Assembly (NCBI GenBank): GCA_963827655.1
Contig: CAWHCF010000022.1
Span: 32,001 to 96,000, forward strand
DNA length: 64,000 bases
Direction: 5' to 3'
Origin: an uncultured Acidobacteriota bacterium
GTDB taxonomy: Bacteria; Acidobacteriota; UBA6911
This document shows positions 33,058 to 42,838 of the stretch, one piece after another. Made by a program: the position numbers and the translations under genes. The notes under the pieces are model-generated. The model was not told the DNA's origin. It was given only the letters and a program-made list of their open reading frames with translations, and did no database searches. The first letter of the stretch is position 1. Each line of letters begins with the position of its first letter.

Positions 33058-35867
33058 ATGTCGAGCCGCTATCTCTTGCCGCTTTTCTTAGCCGTCGCTG
33101 TCTTACGCTTTCGCGCAGGACAACGCTACCGTGTTCTTCGAGGCCCGCATTCGGCCGGTGCTCGCGGACAAGTGTTACGCGTGTCATACCGCGTCGAAAC
33201 TAGGCGAACTGCGGCTGGACTCCCGTGACGCGATGCTCCAGGGCGGCAAGTCGGGACCTGCGATCGTCCCTGGAAAGCCGGATGAGAGCCGCCTGATTCG
33301 GGCCGTCAAGCACATGGACCCGCGGCTGAAGATGCCGATGGCCGGCGACAAGCTGTCAGAGCGCGAGATCGCGGACCTGGCCCAGTGGATTCAGGCCGGG
33401 GCGCCGTGGCCGGAACCCGCCGCGACGTCCAAGCCGGCGGAGGCAAAAAAGGGCTTTGCGATTACTGCGGAGCAAAGGGCGTTCTGGTCCTTTCAGCCGC
33501 TTCGAAAACCTCCGCTTCCCGAGGTCAAAGACGCCGGCTGGACGAAGAATCCGGTCGATCGCTTCATCCTCGCCAGGCTGGAAGCAAAGGGACTGAAGCC
33601 CGTCAAGCCCGCCGACAAGCGGGTGCTGCTTCGCCGCGCCAGCTATGATCTGACCGGATTGCCGCCGACCCCGGAGCAGGTTGATGCTTTCCTGGCTGAC
33701 AATTCGCCCGACGCCTTCGCGAAGGTCGTGGATCGGCTGCTCGCTTCGCCCCACTACGGAGAAAGATGGGGCCGGCACTGGCTGGATGTCGCGCGTTACG
33801 CCGACGGAGACGGCCGTCCCGATCGCCGGCCTGTCTTCATCGGATATGGCACGGCACGCGACGGGTATGTGAATACGTGGCGCTACCGCGACTGGGTGAT
33901 CGATGCTTTGAATCGCGACATGCCTTACGACCTTTTCGTCAAGGCGCAGATCGCAGCCGATCTGATGCCGGGCGACAGAAAGAACCTGCTGCCGGGCCTG
34001 GGGTTTTTCGGGCTGGGACCATGGTTCACCGGCGACGACGTCGTGTTCGTGGAGGCGAGAGCCAACGAGCGCGACGACAAGATCGACGCCCTGACCAAAG
34101 GCTTCCTCGGGCTGACCGCCACCTGCGCGCGCTGCCACGACCACAAGTACGACCCGATTTCACAGAAAGATTACTACGGGCTCGGAGGCGTCTTCTGGAA
34201 CTCCGGGTATTGGGAATACAACCTGGCTTCCGACGATGAGGTGGCCCGGTACAAGGCTCAGTGGAAGAAGATCAAGGCACAGCAAGCCGCTATCGAAGAC
34301 TTCGCTGATGAGATCGCTATTCAGGTGGCAGAGACCCTGGCCGCGCAGGCCTCGCGGTACATGATGGCGGCCCGAAGGGTCTTGATGAGCAATCCCAGGC
34401 CGGACCTGGCCAGGCTCGCCGACAGAGGAGAAACTTGATCTCGAAACCTTCCAGAGGTGGGTCAAGTACCTGGCCGAGCCCGCGCTGAGGGAGCACCGCT
34501 ATCTGCGCGAGTGGGACATGCTGATGGCTCGCGGGGGAGGGTCGGAGGAAGAGGCCCGACGGCTGGCCAAGCAGTTCAGGCAGCTTCTTGTCGCCGTCAT
34601 CGCCGAGAAGAAAGCGGTCAACGCCGCCAATGAGGAGCTGAAACGAAACTACAAGCCAGACCCCAACGAGGCCAGCGCCTCGCTGCCCGGCGACCTGATG
34701 CAGTTCGAGATGTTCCAGTTCAAGCAGTCAATGGTTCAGAAGGTGGTCGAGACCGAGAAGTACTACGTCTGGTTGGACGTGGTGCAAGGCGAGCCGGGCT
34801 CGCCGGATTACCCGAGGCGGGAGGCCATCTTTGAGTACCCCGGCAAGAAGCTCCTTCGGTTCTTGAGCGCCGAGCAGAAGGGGAAACTGGAAGCGATGGA
34901 GGCCGAGCTGGCCGCGCTGGAAAAGGCGCTGCCGGCCGAGTATCCGTACCTCATGGGCCTGGCGGATAACGGGAAGGTTGAAAATGTGAAGCTGAATATC
35001 CGCGGGAATCCGCATGCTCTGGGTGACGAGATTCCGCGTGGTTTTCCTGCTATTCTCGCCGGCACCGCTGGCGAGCCGGCGCCGTTCACCAACGGAAGCG
35101 GACGGCTGGAACTGGCCGAAGCGATCGTCCGCCACCCGCTGGCCGCGCGGGTCATGGCCAACCGGATCTGGATGCATCATTTCGGCCGCGGCATCGTGAC
35201 AACCCCCAGTAACTTCGGCACGATGGGCGACCGTCCCACGCATCCGGAACTGCTCGAGTATCTCGCCCACCTGTTGGTCGAGAAGAACTGGTCATTGAAG
35301 GCCATTCACCGCGAGATCATGCTCTCGGCCGGGTACCAGCTGGGCTATGAACAGGCAGAGCCGAACGCAACCACCGATCCCGACAACAAGCTCTTCTGGC
35401 GGGCTAACCTGCGTCGTCTCGACGCCGAGGCGTTGCGGGACTCGCTGCTGTTCGTATCGGGCAACCTGGATGAGAACTGCGGCGGCCCGCCTCAGGAGCT
35501 GACCAGCCTGGAAAACAAGAAGCGCACCGTGTATGGCAGAATCCGACGAAGCCCCGACGGCATGCTTCAGCTGTTTGACTTCCCTGACCCAACGGTCAGC
35601 GGCGATCAGAGGAGCGCCACGAATGTTCCGCTGCAGGGCTTGTTTTTCCTGAACAGCGACCTGGTCTGGCGTCAGGCCGAGCTGCTGGTCAAACGTCTGG
35701 GCTCCGAAGGAGATGTACCCAAAATCCACAGGGCCTACCGCCTGCTTTACGGCAGGCAGGCGACAGAGGCTGAGGTCCAGCGCGGGCTTCGGTTCCTCGA
35801 GCAAGGGGACTGGCGGCAGTATGCGCAAGTGCTGCTCAGTTCCGGTGAATTCTACTATTTGAACTGA
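33058..35867 (+). CDS. Planctomycete cytochrome c / DUF1549 / DUF1553 (PSD1) protein (frameshifts near 33110 and 34425)
   Basis: FFEARIRPVLADKCYACH, WSFQP, SPHYGERWGRHWLDVARYAD, CARCHDHKYDP, ARVMANRIW.HHFGRG, PTHPELL. Confidence 0.92.
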
Positions 35868-35879
35868 AGTGATAAGCGT

Positions 35880-37280
35880 ATGACACACTCGTTTCCATCG
35901 CGTCCCGTGAGTCGCCGCCAGGCGCTGCGCCAGATCGGCGCGGGGTTTGGAATGGCGGCCTTCGCTCAGACCGCCATTAGCCTGCCCGGCAATCCCTGGT
36001 CGGTGAAACAGCCCCATTTCCCGCCGCGCGCCAAGCGCGTGATTTTTTTGTTTCTCAACGGCGGCCTGTCTCAGATCGACTCGTTTGACTACAAGCCGCT
36101 GCTCGACAAGTACGACGGCAAGCCCCTGCCTTACGAGATGCCGAGGACCGAGTTCGCTGTCGGCAACCTGATGAAATCGCCGTTCCGGTTCAAGCAATAC
36201 GGCGCGAACGGCACCTGGGTAAGCGAGATTTTTCCGCGCATGGCCGGGATCATTGACGAATTCTGCATAATCCGGTCGATGACTTCGGACATTCCCAACC
36301 ACGGCCCTTCAATACTGATGATGAATACCGGCCAGAGCCGGGTCGGCCGGCCCTCTATGGGCTCGTGGATCACCTACGGCCTGGGCACCGAGAATCAGAA
36401 CCTGCCGGGATTCATCGTGCTCTCGCCGGCGGCGTCCGGCGATGGCGGCAGCAGCCGCTGGGGCTCGGCCTTCTTGCCTGCCGTTTACCAGGGCACGTTC
36501 GTGTCGGATCGAGAGAGCGATCCGCAAAAGCAGATCCAGTATCTGAAGAATAGCCGCCTGAATTCGGCCGAACAGCGCCGGCAACTGGATCTCCTGGGCG
36601 AACTGAACCGGGGCTACATGGAACAGCTGCAGTCGGCCCCCGAGCTGGAGGCGACCATTCAGTCCATGGAGGTGGCTTTCCGGATGCAAACCGAAGCGGC
36701 GGACGTGTTCGACATCCGGAAAGAAAGTCAAGCGACTCTCGATCGGTATGGCGACGGAGATTTCGCTCGAGGCTGCCTGATGGCGCGCCGTTTGGTCGAG
36801 CACGGGGTCCGGATGGTGCAGGTCTATTACGGCAACGCCAACGACTGGGACCAGCACGCCGACATCATGGGTCACAAGGTGCACGCACAGAAGTCGGACG
36901 GTGCCATTGCCGCTCTCATACAGGACCTGAAGGAACGCGGCCTCCTCGACGAAACCCTGGTGCTCATCGGAAGCGAATTCGGCCGGACACCGGTTCTTAA
37001 CCTCGGCGGCTTCCGGTCGGTCCATAACGGCCGGGACCACAATGTTCACGGCTTTACCTACCTGCTGGCCGGAGGCGGTGTTAAACCCGGGATGATCTAC
37101 GGCGCCACCGATGATTTCGGCTTCAAGGTCGCGGAGAATCCGATCCACGTCCATGACCTGCACGCCACAGTTCTGCACTTACTCGGCCTGGACCACGAGA
37201 AGCTGACCTACCGTTACAGCGGGCGTGATTTCCGGCTGACCGACGTGGAAGGCCGCGTAGTCAAAGAAATCATCGCCTGA
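35880..37280 (+). CDS. DUF1501 domain protein (Tat signal)
   Basis: SRRQAL, AKRVIFLFLNGG.SQ.DSFD, ARRLVE.GVR, EFGRTP, GRDH. Confidence 0.92.
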   Translation: MTHSFPSRPVSRRQALRQIGAGFGMAAFAQTAISLPGNPWSVKQPHFPPRAKRVIFLFLNGGLSQIDSFDYKPLLDKYDGKPLPYEMPRTEFAVGNLMKSPFRFKQYGANGTWVSEIFPRMAGIIDEFCIIRSMTSDIPNHGPSILMMNTGQSRVGRPSMGSWITYGLGTENQNLPGFIVLSPAASGDGGSSRWGSAFLPAVYQGTFVSDRESDPQKQIQYLKNSRLNSAEQRRQLDLLGELNRGYMEQLQSAPELEATIQSMEVAFRMQTEAADVFDIRKESQATLDRYGDGDFARGCLMARRLVEHGVRMVQVYYGNANDWDQHADIMGHKVHAQKSDGAIAALIQDLKERGLLDETLVLIGSEFGRTPVLNLGGFRSVHNGRDHNVHGFTYLLAGGGVKPGMIYGATDDFGFKVAENPIHVHDLHATVLHLLGLDHEKLTYRYSGRDFRLTDVEGRVVKEIIA

Positions 37281-37288
37281 GGCCCGTC

Positions 37289-37375
37289 AATTCGGTGACA
37301 GGCTCCAAATTGCGCGGTTAAGACAGGCGAAGTACCGCTGTTTTGCCAAGCAATTTGGTGCCTGTCATCGTATTT
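37289..37375. repeat. REP/MITE-like palindromic element, family B, copy 2
   Basis: AATTCGGTGACAGGCTCCAAATTGCG ... GCAATTTGGTGCCTGTCATCG. Confidence 0.85.
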
Positions 37376-37420
37376 CTGTCAGCGAATTCGCCACAGAGCA
37401 CCCCAAAGAGGAAACAAGCC

Positions 37421-38755
37421 GTGAACCGACGAAACGTGCTCAAGACCTTTGGGGCGGCAGGAACCGGGCTGCTGGCGGGAGGCGGGCCGCTGGCAGCGGC
37501 GCAGGAGACGGCGCGAAAGGGAATGCCGCCGCTTAAAATCACCGACGTGAAGGTGATCCTCACGCAGCCGGCCAGCGATCACCTCGTGATCGTCAAGGTG
37601 ATGACCAATGAGCCGGGCCTGTACGGCGTCGGCTGCGCCACGCATCGGGAACGTCCGCTGGCGGTTGCCGCGGCCATCGAGCAGTACCTGAAGCCCTTCG
37701 TCACGGGCCGTAACTGCGACGAGATCGAGGACATCTGGCAGTCGGCGTACGTCGCCTCCTACTTCCGCAGCGGGGTGACACTCAACAACGCGATGAGCGG
37801 TATTGACGGAGCTCTTTGGGACATCCTGGGCAAGCGCTGCAATGTGCCCGTGTACAAACTGCTCGGCGGCAAGGTCCGCACCGCCGTACCGCTATACTGC
37901 CATGCCAGTGCCCGCGACTTCTCGGAACTGGAAGACCAGGTGCGCAAGTGGATGTCACAGGGCTACCGGTATGTCCGGGTGCATCAGGCCGTGCCCGGCT
38001 TCGCCGGCTACGGTGTCCGGGCCGAGACAGCCCCGGAAGTGCAAAAGCTGCGGCCGGACGGCACTCCGCCGTCACCGGTGTTCGAGCCGACACCCTACGT
38101 GAACAACACGATCAAGATGTTCGAGCAACTCCGGGCTCGCCTGGGCTTCGACGTCGAACTGCTCCATGACATCCACGAGCGCGTGCCGCCCAACCAGGCG
38201 ATCCAGCTCTGCAAGGCGGTAGAGCCTTACCGGCCGTTCTTCATGGAAGATCCCTTTTCCCCTGAAGACGTCGCCTGGTTTCGCATTCTCCGGCCGCAGA
38301 CCTCTTGCGCGATCGCGATGGGCGAGCTCTTCGTCAACCGCAACGAGTGGGTGTTCCTTGTCGCCGAGCGGCTCATCGACTTCATCCGGATCCACATCTC
38401 GGCGGTCGGCGGCCTGAACATGGCGCGCAAGGTCGCCGCCTGCTGCGAGTTTTTCAACGTGCGCACGGCCTGGCACGGCCCGGGCAACGTCTCGCCGATT
38501 GGCCATGCGGTGAACATGCACCTGGACCTGGCGACGTACAACTTCGGCATTCAGGAGCAGAACCTGTTTTCAGATACCGTTCGCGAGGTGTTCCCTGGGG
38601 CGCCCGAGATCAAGGGCGGCTACATGTATGCCAACGACAAGCCGGGACTGGGGATCGACATCGATGAGAAGCTTGCGGCGAAATTCCCGTACAGCACGCC
38701 GGGTGGCAGCCGCGGCAATGACCGGCGACTGGATGGGACGATAGTCCGGCCGTGA
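37421..38755 (+). CDS. Enolase-superfamily sugar-acid dehydratase (ManD/RspA-like) with Tat signal
   Basis: NRRNVLK; GLYGVGCAT, IEDIWQ, ALWDILGK, LLHDIHER, FFMED, AMGEL, TAWHGP. Confidence 0.9.
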   Translation: MNRRNVLKTFGAAGTGLLAGGGPLAAAQETARKGMPPLKITDVKVILTQPASDHLVIVKVMTNEPGLYGVGCATHRERPLAVAAAIEQYLKPFVTGRNCDEIEDIWQSAYVASYFRSGVTLNNAMSGIDGALWDILGKRCNVPVYKLLGGKVRTAVPLYCHASARDFSELEDQVRKWMSQGYRYVRVHQAVPGFAGYGVRAETAPEVQKLRPDGTPPSPVFEPTPYVNNTIKMFEQLRARLGFDVELLHDIHERVPPNQAIQLCKAVEPYRPFFMEDPFSPEDVAWFRILRPQTSCAIAMGELFVNRNEWVFLVAERLIDFIRIHISAVGGLNMARKVAACCEFFNVRTAWHGPGNVSPIGHAVNMHLDLATYNFGIQEQNLFSDTVREVFPGAPEIKGGYMYANDKPGLGIDIDEKLAAKFPYSTPGGSRGNDRRLDGTIVRP

Positions 38756-38950
38756 AAGAATAGGAAATGGTACCGTCACCTTAGGGTTCGCGCAGAAATA
38801 GTCGGTGGGATTACCGCGGCATTCCGTTCGCGGCGCCCCCGCAATTCGCTTGCTCCTCGGGCGCTCTCGCGATAGAAACGCTTACACATCGCGGCGGTGC
38901 GCGGGTCAGCGGGCGAGCAACCGTAGAATAGCAATGGAAGGACGCAGTCG

Positions 38951-39349
38951 ATGGCCACACTGGGACTGATCGAATACGGGGATGCCACGCCGGACGTCCG
39001 CGCGGTCTATGACGACATCATGGCAACACGCGGCGTCGACCGGGTCAACAACTTCTGGAAGGCCATCGCCCACGACCCGGCGACGCTGCGTCGGACCTGG
39101 GACGCCGTCAAGCAGACCATGGCGCCGGGAGCGCTCGACGCCCTCACTAAAGAGATGCTCTATCTGGCCGTCAGCACGACGAACCAGTGCGGCTACTGCA
39201 TCGCATCCCACACGGCAGCGGCGCGCAAGCAGGGGATGACCGATTCCATGCTGGCCGAGCTGATGGCTGTCGTCGGGTTGGCCAACGCTACCAACCGGCT
39301 GGCGAGCGGCTACCAGGTCGAGATCGACGACCAGTTCAAGACGTTTTAG
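38951..39349 (+). CDS. Carboxymuconolactone decarboxylase/AhpD-like protein
   Basis: VNNFWKAIAHDP, KEMLYLAVS..NQCGYCIASH. Confidence 0.9.
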   Translation: MATLGLIEYGDATPDVRAVYDDIMATRGVDRVNNFWKAIAHDPATLRRTWDAVKQTMAPGALDALTKEMLYLAVSTTNQCGYCIASHTAAARKQGMTDSMLAELMAVVGLANATNRLASGYQVEIDDQFKTF

Positions 39350-39555
39350 TCCGTTGAGTGTCCCGCGATGAAAGAAGCCGAGCATGCTCAGAGGCGTCGA
39401 GTCGACGGCGGAAGCAAAGGGTGAAGTCTTTGACAGGAAACGGGCGAACGAGTCTTCCGTTGCCGCAACTCGCACAGGAGCCGCATTCATTTCCTCGAGA
39501 GCGGAACTTTTCAACTGGCATGGTCGCAGTCTTCTCCGACCTGACCACAGTTCGG

Positions 39556-39954
39556 TCACGCCTCGAGCAGCTTGAGCGGAGCAACCTCTGCGATCGTGCG
39601 AAAGTCGGCGTCGTTTTCCAAGAGCGAAGCGGTTTCTTCGATGGCGCAGGCTGCAATCAGGCAGTCGGCCGGACTGCGGATCGTTCTGCCTTTCTTCCGC
39701 AGAGCGCGGAAGATCTCCGCCGAATGAATGAAAAGCGGTTGCTTCATTTCAAGATACGTGAAGTCACTCAACAGTAGGTCCCGAACTCGACGAAACTGCG
39801 CGTCGCTTCTCAGACCACGCAAGATCTCCTCAAGGATGACTCCCGGAACGCCGACGTCCTCCGGCCCCTCGATGACCACGCGTGCCCGGTCCGCTTTCGG
39901 ATGATCGATTCCGTTCAGTAGAGGGATCCAGACACTAGTGTCGATGATGATCAC
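39556..39954 (-). CDS. vapC: VapC PIN-domain toxin
   Basis: IIIDTSVWI, EILRG, DCLIAACA, ENDADF; GTG start overlaps the antitoxin TGA. Confidence 0.9.
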   Translation of the reverse strand: MIIIDTSVWIPLLNGIDHPKADRARVVIEGPEDVGVPGVILEEILRGLRSDAQFRRVRDLLLSDFTYLEMKQPLFIHSAEIFRALRKKGRTIRSPADCLIAACAIEETASLLENDADFRTIAEVAPLKLLEA

Positions 39955-40163
39955 GCAAACCGCCGACCACGCCGCATCGCCGAGAGATCCCCTTCCCACT
40001 TTACTTTGCCGGCAAGCCGCAGGATGCGGCGGCGGCGAAGATTCCGGACCAGTCGTCGCAAAGCCAGATCAATCACGTCCTTCGTGAAGCGAGCTCCGGT
40101 GAGATCCTTGGCCGTTTCGACGAGTTCCTCGTCCAGTAGAACATTCGTTTTCTTCACGCTCAT
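39951..40163 (-). CDS. vapB: VapB-family antitoxin
   Basis: KTNVLLDEELV..A..LTG..TK.VI..AL..., WEGDL..MR. Confidence 0.9.
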   Translation of the reverse strand: MSVKKTNVLLDEELVETAKDLTGARFTKDVIDLALRRLVRNLRRRRILRLAGKVKWEGDLSAMRRGRRFA

Positions 40164-40176
40164 CGTCTTGTCTTCC

Positions 40177-40216
40177 TGTGGAGACACATTTTACGTGAGG
40201 AAATGTGGCTCAACAA
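40177..40216 (-). promoter_or_regulatory. vapBC promoter/operator
   Basis: Inverted repeat TGTGGAGACACATTT-N9-AAATGTGGCTCAACA (13/15) overlapping minus-strand TTGTTG-N17-TAAAAT. Confidence 0.65.
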
Positions 40217-40341
40217 GTGGTGATTCGTTTAGACCGTGTTCGAAGTTCCTCGCCCTACGTGAACAACACGATCAAGATCAGATCGACTCTGAGACCCAAC
40301 AACAATGTGAACTAATTGTTGAGCGCGCGCTAAGGGGTTGC

Positions 40342-41754
40342 TCACAGGTGCATGACGACCATCTTGGTCTCGGTCATTTCCTGTACTGCGTAACGCGGTC
40401 CCTCCTTGCCGAACCCGCTCTCCTTGAGACCGCCGTAGGGCATCAGGTCGGCACGCCACTGCGGTCCCCAGTTGATGTGCAGATTGCCCGACTCGACTTC
40501 GCGAGCAAAACGCATCGCCGAGTCGAGGCTCTCGGTAAAGATGGCTGCCGAGAGGCCGTAACGGGTATCGTTAGCCAGCGCTATTGCCTCGTCCACGGTG
40601 TCGACCGGCGTAAACGTGACCGCAGGTCCGAACAGCTCTTCTGAAGAGACGCGCAGCCGCGGATCAACATCGGCCAGGACGGTCGGGGCATGCAAAGCGC
40701 CCCGGCGTGAGCCTCCCGTCACGAGCCGGGCACCCGCCTCGACAGCTTCACTCACCCACTCGGAAACCCGCTGCGCGTCCTTCTCCCGGATCATCGGCCC
40801 CATCCCGGTTGACTCGTCGAGCGGGTTCCCGGTCGAGATCGCCTCGACTCGCGGCTGCACGGCGTTTACCAGATCGGCGTAAATCTTGCGCAGGGGCAGG
40901 ATCCGCTGCGCGCTGATGCAGACCTGGCCGGCGTTGGCAAAGCCAGTGGCCGCGATCGCCTGGGCGGCTTTTTCGAGATCCGCGTCCGGCAGTACAATCA
41001 GCGGCGAGTTGCTCCCCAGCTCCATCGTGACCTTCTTCAGCCCGGCGATCTTGCAGATATGCTCCCCCACATCGCGGCTCCCCGTAAACGTGATCTTCCG
41101 CACGCGGCTGTCGGAACACAACGCATCGCCGATATCGCTGCCCGATCCGGTCAGGCACTGAATCCCCTCCGGCGGCATTCCCGCTTCCAGCAGAATCTCG
41201 GTCAGCTTGAGAGCCGTGAGCGGCGTGTCGGTGGCCGGCTTGAGAATCACGCTGTTCCCGGCAGCCAATGCCGGCCCGACCTTGTGCGCCACCAGATTGA
41301 GCGGAAAATTGAAGGGGCTGATCGCCACCACCACGCCGCATGGCACGCGGATAGTGAAGCCGAACCGGTTCCCGGCTCCGGGCGCGGCGTCGAGCGGCAC
41401 GACTTCCCCGCAGATCCGCTTCGCCTCTTCAGCGGACTCGCTCAGGGTCGCAACGGCGCGCGAAACTTCGAAACGCGACTCCGCCAGGATCTTTCCTTCC
41501 TCCAGCGTGATCGTACGAGCGAGATCTTCAGCCCGCTTCTCGAGGAGTTCCGCACTCCGCTTCAAACGAAGCCAGCGTTCGTGCGCGGGAAGCCGCTTCA
41601 TGACAGAAGCCCCTTTCGCTGCGAAGTCGAGCGCCCGCTCCACTTCGCCCGCTCCTGCGCGCGGAACCGTGTCGATCACTGAGCTATCGAACGGGTTTTC
41701 GACCGGGATCTGGCGCGACCCATCCACCCACTCACCGGCAAGGAACATCTTCAT
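40342..41754 (-). CDS. Aldehyde dehydrogenase family protein
   Basis: SPFNFP, FTGS, MELGSN, GQVCIS, EELFGP, PYGGLKESG. Confidence 0.95.
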   Translation of the reverse strand: MKMFLAGEWVDGSRQIPVENPFDSSVIDTVPRAGAGEVERALDFAAKGASVMKRLPAHERWLRLKRSAELLEKRAEDLARTITLEEGKILAESRFEVSRAVATLSESAEEAKRICGEVVPLDAAPGAGNRFGFTIRVPCGVVVAISPFNFPLNLVAHKVGPALAAGNSVILKPATDTPLTALKLTEILLEAGMPPEGIQCLTGSGSDIGDALCSDSRVRKITFTGSRDVGEHICKIAGLKKVTMELGSNSPLIVLPDADLEKAAQAIAATGFANAGQVCISAQRILPLRKIYADLVNAVQPRVEAISTGNPLDESTGMGPMIREKDAQRVSEWVSEAVEAGARLVTGGSRRGALHAPTVLADVDPRLRVSSEELFGPAVTFTPVDTVDEAIALANDTRYGLSAAIFTESLDSAMRFAREVESGNLHINWGPQWRADLMPYGGLKESGFGKEGPRYAVQEMTETKMVVMHL

Positions 41755-42069
41755 AGTGGTTTCTCCCGCCCGGAGGCCGGGCAAAAAGCAGACCTCAACC
41801 CAAACTAAATGCCAACGATCGTGGCACCGCCTTCGATCGTGAAAGCATAGGAGATTCTATCTCGAGCGCGGCAAAGAATTCGCTCTCACTGCAGAAATTT
41901 TTCATCACTCCCGGACGATTTTCACGCCGCGAAACAAATTCAAGTCGCACAAAATGTCCCTTGCCAAGGATAAATTAGGTTCATAAGGAAAGGGAATTGG
42001 CTAAAATCTATGACGCAGCGCTGCCGATTCTCACTGAGAGCAGCACGATATGGACTGTTTCCTGAACCG

Positions 42070-42211
42070 GCTCGCACAGGTAATGGAACCCGTTAACCGT
42101 TTGAGAGCGAGGTCCTCCTTGAGCGGACACAACGAGGCGCAGAGTCCCGGCATCTTTTGCCCTGGCTTGCCCTCGGTGCCGACCGGACCCGCAAATGTTC
42201 GTCGGGCGAGC
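42070..42211 (+). ncRNA. Candidate structured leader RNA
   Basis: GCTCGC/GCGAGC closing stem enclosing hairpins GTCC/GGAC, CGAGG..GGCA/TGCC..CCTCG and CCGAC/GTCGG; ends 11 nt before the SD GGAGG. Confidence 0.4.
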
Positions 42212-42232
42212 AACCACAACCCGGAGGTTTTT

Positions 42233-42838
42233 ATGCCCCGCGCCGTTCTTCCTGTGTGTGCCCTGATCTGGATGGTGGCGATCGTACCGCCGGCGTCTGC
42301 GCAGTCGGGTGCCAAGCGAACTCCCGAACAGATAAAGGCGTCCTACGAGGCGCATAAGGGTGACTTCGACTACCTGCTCGGCGATTGGGACTTTACCGCG
42401 GCAAGTCAGGAGTTCGGAAAGTTCCGCGGTCGCTGGAGCGCCGTGCGCCTCGATGAGGGACAGATCCTGGACGAGTATCGCGTCATCGGCGACGCCGGCG
42501 AGACGTATTACGTAACCACGACGCTGCGCAACTACAACAGCGTCCTCGATCGGTGGGAGCTGGTAGGCGCTGACGCGGGAACCGGGCTGCAGAATATGGG
42601 CACCGGACGCAAGGTCGGCGCGGAAATGCATATCGAGCAGAAGTTCGGCGTGACCAGCGATAAGCCCTCGATCTGGAAGATCCGCTATTACAACATCCGG
42701 CCGGATAGCTTTTCCTGGTCCGCCGACCGCTCCATGGATGGTGGAAAAACCTGGGTCAAGAATTTCCAGACCATCGAGGCCCGCCGCACCGGCCCGCCAC
42801 GTTCCCTGGGTGCGCTCGCCCCGGCGAAGAAACCGTAA
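42233..42838 (+). CDS. Exported hypothetical beta protein (DUF1579-like)
   Basis: Signal peptide ASA-Q, DFDYLLGDW, S.DGGKTW. Confidence 0.7.
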   Translation: MPRAVLPVCALIWMVAIVPPASAQSGAKRTPEQIKASYEAHKGDFDYLLGDWDFTAASQEFGKFRGRWSAVRLDEGQILDEYRVIGDAGETYYVTTTLRNYNSVLDRWELVGADAGTGLQNMGTGRKVGAEMHIEQKFGVTSDKPSIWKIRYYNIRPDSFSWSADRSMDGGKTWVKNFQTIEARRTGPPRSLGALAPAKKP

